A stretch of DNA of 64,000 nt from an uncultured Planctomycetaceae bacterium (lineage in GTDB: Bacteria; Planctomycetota; Planctomycetia; Planctomycetales; Planctomycetaceae). This document shows positions 35,225 through 44,705 of this stretch, in pieces (the first letter of the stretch is position 1; each line of letters opens with the position of its first letter). The notes beneath the pieces were generated by a model. It did not search any database and was not told where the DNA came from. It saw nothing but the letters and a program-made list of their open reading frames with translations. The DNA lies in assembly GCA_963815195.1 (NCBI GenBank), contig CAWFGE010000007.1:32001-96000 (forward strand), read 5' to 3'. The position numbers were made by a program, and so were the translations under genes.

Positions 35225-35584
35225 TTGACCGGGGCAGGGACGGCGCTGGTGGGGCTCTATGCAGTCCTGCCGTCGTGGGCCATGCCCAATGTCGCCCAGC
35301 TTCCCTACCTGCAGGACTACACGATCATCATCCAGCACTGGGGGATTATGGTCGGGCTCATGGGCATATCCATGATGGCGGCGGCCGTGGTTCCGCAGTG
35401 GCGTGTTCCCATCCTGCTCTATAGTGCGTTAGAAAAGTCCTTCATGGTCTGGCTCGTACTTTCCAACGCCCAGAACTCATTCGTGAGTGGATTCTGGATC
35501 CCCTTCGTGCTCGATTTCACCGTCGTGATTTATACGATCGGCTATTTCGCAGTTTGCGGATTTCGTCCTTCGTCAGTAGATTGA
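35225..35584 (+). CDS. Small membrane protein (start uncertain)
   Basis: Four hydrophobic segments. Confidence 0.5.
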   Translation: MTGAGTALVGLYAVLPSWAMPNVAQLPYLQDYTIIIQHWGIMVGLMGISMMAAAVVPQWRVPILLYSALEKSFMVWLVLSNAQNSFVSGFWIPFVLDFTVVIYTIGYFAVCGFRPSSVD

Positions 35585-36026
35585 AACGATCATCGACTCG
35601 GTCGAATTGACAAAAGCGTTCACGACCATGATCGTCCTGGGCGTGCCACCACACTCGACCCAATCACCCTTCTCGGAGACTTATCGTGCGAATGACATCG
35701 CGAATCGCGGCCATTTCGGCCACCCTGCTGCTCACATTAGTCTCCTCGGGCCACGCCCAGGAAATGCCGTGACACCCGAAGAGGCCCGGGCAATTGCCAA
35801 GGAGGCCACCATCTATGCCCGGCAAGGGGTAGTTCGCCGTTCTCCAGCTCTACGGACCGACCGATTTCACGAAGGTGAAGTGACGCTTCACTGTCAGCGC
35901 AAACCCCGGCGATTCTTCCCGAATGTAGGGGAGTGGCCGGGGTTCAACGAACCGCAGGTCAGACTTGTTGACGCTTGGGAGCAAGATCAACGACGCCATT
36001 GCCCACAACAATTGGCTGCCGCAGTA

Positions 36027-37436
36027 TCATAGAGCCATGTTGACCCGCACGCCATAGACGAATGCATCATTCGCGATCACACCATTCCCCGGATGGATGT
36101 ACTGTAGGTCTGGGCTGATATCCATCCAAGGGTTGACTTGGATCTTGTAGTAAGCCTCGACGCCGGTTCCGTTTCGTGGACCAAAAATCGCTTGCGGCAG
36201 CGGACCAAACTGGTTGCTGGCACCGACAAAGTACCAGCCGACGCCGAACTGATCGCCACGTTGCTTTCCGAGTGGGCTGTAACCTCCGATGCCGGCACTG
36301 AGGAAGTATTGGACGGGGGTCGGATTTCCATCGCTGATGGAGGCCCGCCCAAAGAGTCCGTAGCCGCGCCCAGGTTTGTCCACGTATTGCACCAGGTATT
36401 GGTCGAAGCCATAGTAGATCGTGTAAGAATCGTTGAGGGTCGGAAAACCAGGGACTGTTGGTTCGGGGTAGACGCCCGGAGGAGGCTCGGCAAAACTGAG
36501 ATCGGTCAGTTGGACATGTTTCCAAACCCCGCCCACGTGCTGATCACCTTGCTTGCCGAAGAAGTTGGTTTTCACCTTCACTTCGCCCCCGACAATCACG
36601 CCCTTGGAGTACAGGCTATCCAGATTGTCAAAGAAATTTTTTGTTCGATCCTGGGGATCGAGGACGAATCCGGAAATCATGCCCCACTCTTGCGGCATGG
36701 CCACGCCAGCCATAAATGAGCTGTACGGCAGGCCGAGCAGGAATGCCGGGTTCTGACAAAACGCTTGATTCGTGAACTGTTGGGTGCCATTTCCCCCCGC
36801 AAACTCATCCACATCGGCGGAGCCCGGCACCACCTTTTTGCCAGCAAAGACCACAAAATTTTCCGACAGCGGCTGGGTGAGCACGAAATTGGTGAGGAAA
36901 AGATCGCCGGGATTGTTAGGCGCTGTTGGAAGGAAAGCACCAAACACAGCCGGAGCAAATGCGCCGGTATTGAGTGAAACGTTGCCGTATTGTCCGTACC
37001 AGTGCTCTGCAGTGACCAGCAACTTGCCCTGGGGCAACCCGCCGAACTTCTCCAAGTCAAAGATCGCGTTGTATGTGCCGCGACCGGTGTACTTGAACGT
37101 GTCTCCTTGACCAAGAAGGGGGACCGTGGGGCGGTCAATGCCACCTGCGACCCCAAAGGCGAATTGCGTTGATTGCCCGGTAAACGTAATGCCGGAATTC
37201 TGGAGGTCTGTTCGAAGGCCACCCCAGTCGCTTGTCAGGGTTGGCCGCGTCCAGAGATCACAGCCGCAGTCCGAAAACACAGAGTCGCAGCCGTTCGACT
37301 CCGACAGGCAGGCGGAAACGCTGTCTACAGCCGAATCAGCAGCCTCGCCGACTGAACTCTCCTGCGCCGCTGCCTGATGCCACCACAGAGAGAGCATCGC
37401 GGTGATGGCTATGAATCGAATATTCGCTAAGGGCAT
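36027..37436 (-). CDS. OprB-family carbohydrate porin
   Basis: Signal peptide, LTSDWGGLRTDL, EAYYKIQVNPWMDISPDLQY. Confidence 0.87.
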   Translation of the reverse strand: MPLANIRFIAITAMLSLWWHQAAAQESSVGEAADSAVDSVSACLSESNGCDSVFSDCGCDLWTRPTLTSDWGGLRTDLQNSGITFTGQSTQFAFGVAGGIDRPTVPLLGQGDTFKYTGRGTYNAIFDLEKFGGLPQGKLLVTAEHWYGQYGNVSLNTGAFAPAVFGAFLPTAPNNPGDLFLTNFVLTQPLSENFVVFAGKKVVPGSADVDEFAGGNGTQQFTNQAFCQNPAFLLGLPYSSFMAGVAMPQEWGMISGFVLDPQDRTKNFFDNLDSLYSKGVIVGGEVKVKTNFFGKQGDQHVGGVWKHVQLTDLSFAEPPPGVYPEPTVPGFPTLNDSYTIYYGFDQYLVQYVDKPGRGYGLFGRASISDGNPTPVQYFLSAGIGGYSPLGKQRGDQFGVGWYFVGASNQFGPLPQAIFGPRNGTGVEAYYKIQVNPWMDISPDLQYIHPGNGVIANDAFVYGVRVNMAL

Positions 37437-37915
37437 GAGGACATCCTTTTGATTAGGACTTCGTGGATGACATGATTGGGGGTGCGAAAATACCCGCTTC
37501 ACAAGCCGTATTTCATCCTGCTCACGACACAGTTGTGGGAATAATCGACGCGAGCGGCACATTCGCTTCGCACGATCCGTCCGGTCCACTCGACATCGTC
37601 GAACAGGAATCTGGATTTTCCTCAAGATGATCACAGTCAATACAGATTAACATGGAACATCTTACGCAATCGGAAATGCCGTTTCCGTCTCGAAGACGGT
37701 CGTTCGGCCTCATGCCGACTGAAAAGTGGAAGAAATGCAGTCAAGGCGCGCCCAGCGTTTGGCGGCAGATGACAACCGCCGGAGTAGCTAGAACTTTGAA
37801 CGCTGCCTAAGCAGAGACGAATCCGAGGATGGCCGCCATCTCATTATCTGCAAAAAAGGGGGAAGGCCGTTGGAGCTGTTGCAGATTCGAAACCAACCTG
37901 AACGCGTCGCTCGCC

Positions 37916-38671
37916 GTAATTGATTAGCGTATTGACTCGCTCCATTTTTCCGCGAAAATTCACTTGGGATTGCGGTCATGGAGGTGGTGGAATGAAGCGG
38001 TCTAAATGGCAATCGTTTCAGGCAGAAAATCGGCGGCTCTGTCAGGAGAACCGATCCCTGAAACAACGCGTGGCCCAACTGGAATCCCAAGTGGCCCAAT
38101 GGGTTGCTCGAGTGGCGCAACTTGAATCGCAAGTTGCCCAACAGGAAACGCACATTGCCCAGTTGACCACCCAACTCGAGGCTTCACAGCGGCAGGCCAA
38201 GCGGCAAGCGGCTCCCTTTTCCAAAGGGCCGCCCAAAGCCCACCCGAAAAAACGCCCGGGGGCCGGTATGGGGTCAAGACTCACCACCAACCGCCGCCTC
38301 CCGAAGCGATCGATGAGTTTTTATCAGACGGAAATTCCCTGCCGCGTGATCTATCGCCAATTTCACATCCACATCGGATGCTGCGAGGAGTGCGGCCAGC
38401 GGGTGCAGGGGCGGCACGACTTGCAAACCTCCGATGCGTTGGGAGCGGGCACTTCGCAACTGGGGCTGAACCTCCAGGCGGCGATCGCGTTTCTCAATAA
38501 ACGCTGCGGGCTGTTCCACGGCAAGATCGTGCAGTTCTTTCGAGAACTCGTCACCGTCAAAACGCGATCATGTTTCAGAGCCGCCGCCTCCGCAGCACGC
38601 CACCCCCTCTGTGGGCCACCACCCCGACAGGCCAATGATTCGGCAAAAGAGTCGCAATTCAATCACATCAC
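37916..38671 (+). mobile_element. Internally deleted IS66-family element
   Basis: GTAATTGATTAGCG left end and matching right end; 8-bp TSD CGCTCGCC (37908-37915, 38672-38679); coiled-coil, RQAAPFSKG and CEECG fragments. Confidence 0.85.
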
Positions 38672-38678
38672 CGCTCGC

Positions 38679-40314
38679 CTAGAAGAAGATTTGGAGCTGC
38701 GACCGCACGAGAATGCCGGTCTGGCCCGCCTGATAGTTCGTACGGTTCTGGTCGGCCGGGACATGGTCGAGCCAGGCGGCATCTAACGTGAATCGTAAGT
38801 TCTGCTTGCCCGGCAGGAAGAACCAATTGAAGCCGCCCGCGTATTCCGCTCCTGCTCCAGACGGCCCGGTGACGTACGATGTGCGGGCATATGGTTCAAA
38901 CGTTTGCGGAATTAAGAAATATCCTGCCTGGGCAAAACTTCCGTATTGGTAGATGGAGGATTGGGGGATCGGCCCGCTGGCTCTCAAGTCAAACAGTTCC
39001 TGCAAGTAGAACTCGCCGCTCAGGCTGCCCCCTTGATACTTATATGCAAAGTCGACCGTGGCCAGGCCGATTTTGAACGCGTTCAAGGTCGTGCCAGGTG
39101 CCAACGCGCCGGTTTGGGTAATGAGCGTGCCGTCGGAGAGACGAATCGGAGAGTTTTCCGGTACGTTCGAACCTCCCTGTGGTCCCCGCTCGGGAGCGTA
39201 GGTGAGACTGGTTCCGATCCGAATGGCTGGTTCAGCATGCCATTCAAAGTCGGAATACCCTCGGCCGAAATCGCCTAGTGGTTCGCACCAGACAGACCCC
39301 GAAAAGGCCATCAACGAGCTGAGTTGTTGCGGCGTCGAACCGAGCGTATTAAACCCGTTGGACATCATAACGTGATAGAAGACGCCGTCGGTTGGCTCTC
39401 CAGTGGCCCAGATCCCCTGACTCAAGCTGGGGCGAAAGAATGTGGTGGCCATCGATCGATCGACACCCTGGGTATCGACGAATGACAAAAGCCATTCACG
39501 GCCGCCGGGAACCTTGCTCTGCCCGGCATAAACGGTCATCGCCCGGTTGAACCGCCAGGCCAGCCAATACGCCCGGAAATTGATCTGACTGTTGCTGACG
39601 GTGTTGTAATCAATATTCAGGTTGTACAAGAGCCTCTTTGCGAAACGCGAATCCGGAAAAGATCAGTCGCCCGCGCGGAATCTGAAAACTACTCTGATTG
39701 CTCAACGGCGTCACGATCCCCGCACTGTCGGTCCAAGTGGGCTTGACTCGCTCAAAACCTGTATACCGGATCTGATTTTGTCCATTAATTTTCAATTCAA
39801 ACGGAGACTCATCTGCGTCTGTTGGACGGATCACAAAGCCACGATCGAAATTGGCGTAAAATCTTCCCGGTTGTGCACCACCAGAGACGGAAAGAGAACT
39901 GACCTCATGCGGAAAATCTTCGGCCGTGTCAAAAGTGAGAGATGAAAAGTTCACGGAGGAAGCTCGTCCTGGAGTGTCAAACACCGGGGCTTCGCCCACA
40001 TCGACAGGCGGCCGATCGCTCGATGGCAGCATCGAAGCGTCCCGCGTCGAATCCGACTCCTGCAACCGTTCTCGAAGCTGAAGACGTTCCATCTGCAACG
40101 TCAACCGACGGTTCTGCTCGACAAGTGCAGCTTGGCTTTGTTCGAACTGTTGCAGCCGCTGCTCTAAACCCGCCGCAATTGAGGCGGAAGACTCATCGAA
40201 TTCGGCTGAACCGGGGATCTCATCACTCAGCACCGGGACAGCCATCAGCCACACCAACCCCGCCAGGAACAGGCTCGTCCCCGTTTTCAGACGTTGCTGC
40301 GGATAGAAAATCAT
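38679..40314 (-). CDS. Outer-membrane porin (OprO/OprP-like), frameshift near 39630
   Basis: Signal peptide, coiled coil, FELKINGQNQIRYTGF, C-terminal RSQLQIFF. Confidence 0.75.
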
Positions 40315-40399
40315 CTGCCCAAGCTCCCCGCAGATCCTCTGAGTTTTGACTCGAATGGGGCACTCCGAGCGTATCATTTCGTCCCGAGAAATGGTGACG

Positions 40400-40463
40400 G
40401 TCTGCAAACCGGCGTCTGCAAACTGGCGTCTGCAAACTGGCGTCTGCAAACTGGCGTCTGCAA
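40400..40463. repeat. 14-bp tandem repeat, ~4.6 copies
   Basis: Unit GTCTGCAAACTGGC (first copy has one mismatch). Confidence 0.92.
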
Positions 40464-40513
40464 GTTGAGATTTGAACAATCATTCTGCAACTCTTCCAGG
40501 GCCATTAGGTCGA

Positions 40514-40762
40514 GGGTGTAACCGGTCACCCGCAATCTTCAGAACCCCTAATTTTCCCCTTGATTTGGGCCTTTTAGTGCTTTTTCTTTCGCGATTAACC
40601 CGTTTGCAAAAATCAGGCAAAATCAACGCATTCACTGTAACTATATCAGCTATCTGACAATTTGGTCATTAGCATCCATAAATCCAGGAGTTTTCGGCCC
40701 CACCAGGATTACCTAGCCCATGCTAGACCGCCCATTTTAGTTGCGGGCGACCGGTTACACCC
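40514..40762. mobile_element. 249-bp MITE with ISLre2/ISKra4-like ends
   Basis: IR GGGTGTAACCGGTC(A/G)CCCGCAA (21/22 match); 9-bp TSD TTAGGTCGA / TTAGCTCGA. Confidence 0.85.
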
Positions 40763-40939
40763 TTAGCTCGATTGACTGACCTGCTGACCAAGGCCCTAAT
40801 CCGGATCATGAGGCTCAACCTCCATCGTCCAGATGCTATGCTAAACTTGAGCGATTATTTCGGTTGTGTTCCCGTTCCTGGCTATGGTCTGTGTTTGAAA
40901 TTCAGTCTACCGCTGTCACTCGCCAAATTCTCTGACGGC

Positions 40940-41130
40940 GGTCAGCAGACTTGGCAGCGGGGAATCCCTATTTCTCGGTGGATTCCAAGGCCAAAGAGTT
41001 TCAAGGCCAACTGTTTCGCCAAGTCCGCGTGCGCAGCACAAAAGCCTTTGAAGCCTTCGATCATGATTTTCCGAGTTGGGCCGAAGGCGTAATCATTCCG
41101 CATGGCATCTATGATCTCGTTCGCAATCGG
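40940..41130 (+). pseudogene. ISAzo13-family transposase fragment
   Basis: GNPYFSVDSKAKE..DHDFPSWAEGVIIPHGIYD. Confidence 0.75.
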
Positions 41131-41364
41131 GTGTATGGATCAGTCCAAACGTTCTGCAACACAGCATCGGAAGAATGAGGTGGACCCCATTCTTTGGACA
41201 GCGAACGGGGTTGTTTAGTGGTATGAGTCAGCGGCAGACGAGGCCCTTCATAGGCCTCGTCGTCTGCCGCCGATGACAGGGGGCCAGGTCCGAGACCTCA
41301 CCAGTTCCCCCACCGTTTTGCACGAAACTTTGTTTCATTTTTCGTCCACCGCTTTGTCCAGCCT

Positions 41365-41847
41365 TCAATCTTTTCCCGCGTAGATCCTCGCCGGCGTTTG
41401 ATAGCCCAACGATTGATGGATCCGTTCCTCACAATAGAACTCAAAGTAACGCGATAACTGCTCTTCGGCCTCCCAGCCATCCGCGTAGTCCTTCAAGTAG
41501 ACCTCTTCGTATTTCACGCTTCGCCACAGGCGTTCGATGAACACGTTGTCCAAGCACCGCCCTTTGCCGTCCATGCTGATCGCCACGTTCAAGCGTTCCA
41601 AACGCTTCGTGAATTGGATCGCCGTGAACTGGCTGCCTTGGTCGCTGTTGAACACTTCGGGCCGCGAGATCGACAAGGCTTCGTCCAACGCCTCCAGGCA
41701 AAAACTTCCTTCCAACGTATTCGACAATCGCCAGCTCAAGACGTACCGGCTGAACCAGTCCATCACCGCCACGAGATACAGATATCCGTGCTGAAGCGGG
41801 ATGTATGTGATGTCGGTGGACCACACCTGGTCCGGCCGGACGATCTC
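41365..41847 (-). pseudogene. IS3-family transposase OrfB, 3' part
   Basis: PDQVWSTDITY, FNSDQGSQFT, DNVFIERLWRSVKYE. Confidence 0.9.
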
Positions 41848-42208
41848 GTTTCGGCTGAGAGCGATACGTCTCGAAAAACTGCCGCATTCGCCAGAGATTC
41901 TGCGACGAAAATCCGCGTGCGTTCGGCTGTTGCCGGCGAATGTGGTCGGCCAGGGTGCTGACCGTCCCGTTCCCCCACCCGTCCTCGGCGATTTTGACCG
42001 TGATGAACTCGCCGATGCTCCAGTAAAGCTCGATCAGGGCGGTGTTGACGGTGGCAACGGCCCGGCTTCTGGCGGCATCGATCAGCTCCAGAACCGTGTC
42101 GAAATCCGCCTGGTTGGGCGTCAAGGCTGACGGCGACGCGGATGGTTTTGATTTCGGGCGGGCTTTACCGGCGGCCGGAGTGGGGTTCGTTTTTGAACGC
42201 TTCTTCAT
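41848..42208 (-). pseudogene. YhcG/DUF1016 gene, N-terminal part
   Basis: VNTALIELYWSIG..GWGNGTV..GFSSQNLWRMRQFFETYRSQPK. Confidence 0.9.
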
Positions 42209-42462
42209 GCCTGCTCCTGCACCTGAGAGAGGCTGGGACGATTGGCGTTCGGTTTGAGCAGGACGTAACGCCATCCCTCCGGCCCTTTCTCGGCGCGGAT
42301 GTCGTATCCCCTTTCCCGCAACGCCTCGACGGAACGCGATACGGTGGGAATCGAGACGCCGACTCTCTCGGCCAGGGCGGGCGTCGAATAGTTGCCCGTT
42401 CGGATCAGCCGCAAAACAGCCTCAAGCCGATCTTCGATTTCGCGCGAGCGCTGATAACGCAT
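42205..42462 (-). CDS. Small winged-HTH (HTH_11/BirA-like) DNA-binding protein
   Basis: YSTPALAERVGVSIPTVSRSVEALRERGYDI; stop overlaps the yhcG start. Confidence 0.8.
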   Translation of the reverse strand: MRYQRSREIEDRLEAVLRLIRTGNYSTPALAERVGVSIPTVSRSVEALRERGYDIRAEKGPEGWRYVLLKPNANRPSLSQVQEQA

Positions 42463-42786
42463 TGGGTTTTTCCCTAAGTGTAAGCGATAACAAACGTCTA
42501 TCCAACAGCGATAGGCTTGTCAACCGGAGGGATGTACTTGGTTTTCGGTCTTGGATGTGGACATCCTGCCAGATTGAAATAAACGGCCAATGAATGGCCT
42601 TTGATAATTTTTGGCGCTCGGGGGGGCGGATTGAAGTCCTTCCCCTCTCCTTGGCCCATTTCTGTGCGAATTTGGGCTGGTCCGTCTTGAACATGTCCAA
42701 ACTGGTTTGCACTTCCTCCCTGAATGCCATGCTTCCGATCCCTTCTTGCTCAGCTATCGGCGACAGACCTCTGGCCGTCGATCGAC

Positions 42787-43103
42787 TTATCCACAAGGCG
42801 AGTCCGTTAAGTAAGTTAAGATCTTTGATCTTTAGATCAGTTAAACAGTTAGCTGTCCGGCAACGCTTTGATCGGGCGGACCATTTTGAGGGTTCGTGCG
42901 CCTAATCGCCCGATGATTTGCGCCTAATCGCCCGAGTCAGCGTGCGCCTAATCGCCCGATAGCTTTGCGCCTAATAGCCCGACGGTATCCACAGAGAGCA
43001 AACGGGGGGAGAACAGCGACTCAGAGGCTGGAACTTCACGAAATCTGCCGATTATCGGGATGTGAGCCGTGTCGTTTGACCCACTTTACGCCTAATCGCC
43101 CGA
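42787..43103. promoter_or_regulatory. Iteron-type plasmid replication origin
   Basis: DnaA box TTATCCACA (42787); AT-rich GATC-containing tract (~42806-42852); 17-bp TGCGCCTAATCGCCCGA at 42897, 42919, 42943 and 42966, plus a variant at 43087; GTATCCACA at 42985. Confidence 0.8.
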
Positions 43104-43199
43104 CTCCAAGGTTTCCAAGCTGTTGAGTTGAAACGATTCCGAAAATATGCCCGACGAGGTGCGGCGTCCCGCAAAGCGGGGCCATTCGCGGCGGGGATG

Positions 43200-43699
43200 G
43201 TCATCCGACAGCCGGGTGCGATGGACGAAGTGCCGCGTCCTTCATGTCCTTTGTCAACCGGTAATGCTTGCCGACCATGCTCAGCACGATCACCGCCTTG
43301 GGCTGCCCGTTGCGAATATCTTGAGCTTGTCGCAGCACTTCGGTGGCTTTCGCCAGCGCCGCGCACTTCCAACATACTAGCTTTGCAGGGAACAATGGCG
43401 AGGTTGGCGCGAAGCAATAATGCCCGGCTGGTTTCCGTTTGGCTGCCGGGACCGTCGGCCACGACGAAATCCGCTTCCTGGGCCAGGTTGGGCAATTCGC
43501 TAAGAATTACGTCCGGATTGTCGAGGCGAACGCTTTTGACTTGTGGGACGGCTTCGCGAATCCATTCGGAGGAGGATTGCTGACTGTCGCAATCGGCCAG
43601 GATCACTTGATGGCCCTGCTCGTGCAGCCAGCCCGCCAAATGCACGGCCACCGTGGACTTGCCGACGCCGCCCTTGGAATTTGCGATGGCGATAATCAT
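43200..43699 (-). pseudogene. parA: ParA-family ATPase (plasmid type), frameshifted and 3'-truncated
   Basis: IIAIANSKGGVGKST deviant Walker A, LADCDSQ, VVADGPG. Confidence 0.85.
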
Positions 43700-44705
43700 G
43701 GGGCGAACCTACCAGCAGTCTGGCAGGCTGGCAAGCATTATTTCCTGCAAGCCAGCAAGACAGTTCGCCATCACGACAACATGTCATCCTGATGGCTTGA
43801 TGGAAAGCCAGTCGTCTTTCACCCTTGCAAGATGGATTGCTTGCAAGCTGTCCCATTGTCGTTCCAGATTGCTGGCAAGCTGACATGCATGCAAGCCGGT
43901 TGGATGGCTCGCAAGTTGTCTGGCAAGACAGCATGCGGACCGGCTTGAAAGATGCTTTCCCGGTGAAATCTGCCTTAGCAAAGCTAAGGGAAGATGTCTG
44001 AACACAAATCATTTGGGCCAGCAAGCCAACTGACTCAGGGAAAGCGAGGAAATGGGCGGGCGATCTGGCAGGGAAATGATCGGTTGGAGACGGAGTAAGT
44101 TGGGTGGCTGAGACGCCGCCCGACTGGAGCCGCACCTGCGTCAGGACTTCGGGATGCGGGACGGCGTCCGGGTTGTCCGGGTGTTCGGCGTCAATTAGCT
44201 CTGCTCTTTAGCGTCAATTAGATTGACCGTGCAAGAGGGAGAAATCGACGGGCATCAGCCTTTGGAGCCAGGCTTTGACTCGTCCGAATCGGCCGAGTTT
44301 TTCTTGTTTTTCTTGGCGGTTTCCAAGCGGTAGCTGGGGATGTTCAACTCGATGATGATCGAGTGATGGATCAAACGGTCGATGGCCGCCGCGGTCGTCA
44401 TGGGATCCTTGAAGATTTGCTCCCATTGAGAGAAAGGCAGATTGCTGCTGATCAGAAGGCTGCCCCGTTCGTAGCGTTCGGCCAGGAGCGTGAACAGCAC
44501 TTCCATCTCCTCGCGGCTCTGTTGAACATAGCCCAAGTCGTCGATGATCAGCGCTTCGTAGCGGCTGAGCTTTTTGATCCACTTCTCCAACCGCAGGTCG
44601 CGTTTGGCCCGCAGGAGTTCTTGGACCAGCATCTGGCAGGTTGTGAATAACACCGTGCGGCCTTGACGCGCGAGTTGGTCGCCGAGTGCGGATAACAGAT
44701 TCGTC

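Noticed and set aside
42897..42982. Mini-CRISPR array
   Set aside because: The repeats are 17 bp with 5-7 bp gaps and are flanked by DnaA boxes, which fits iterons.
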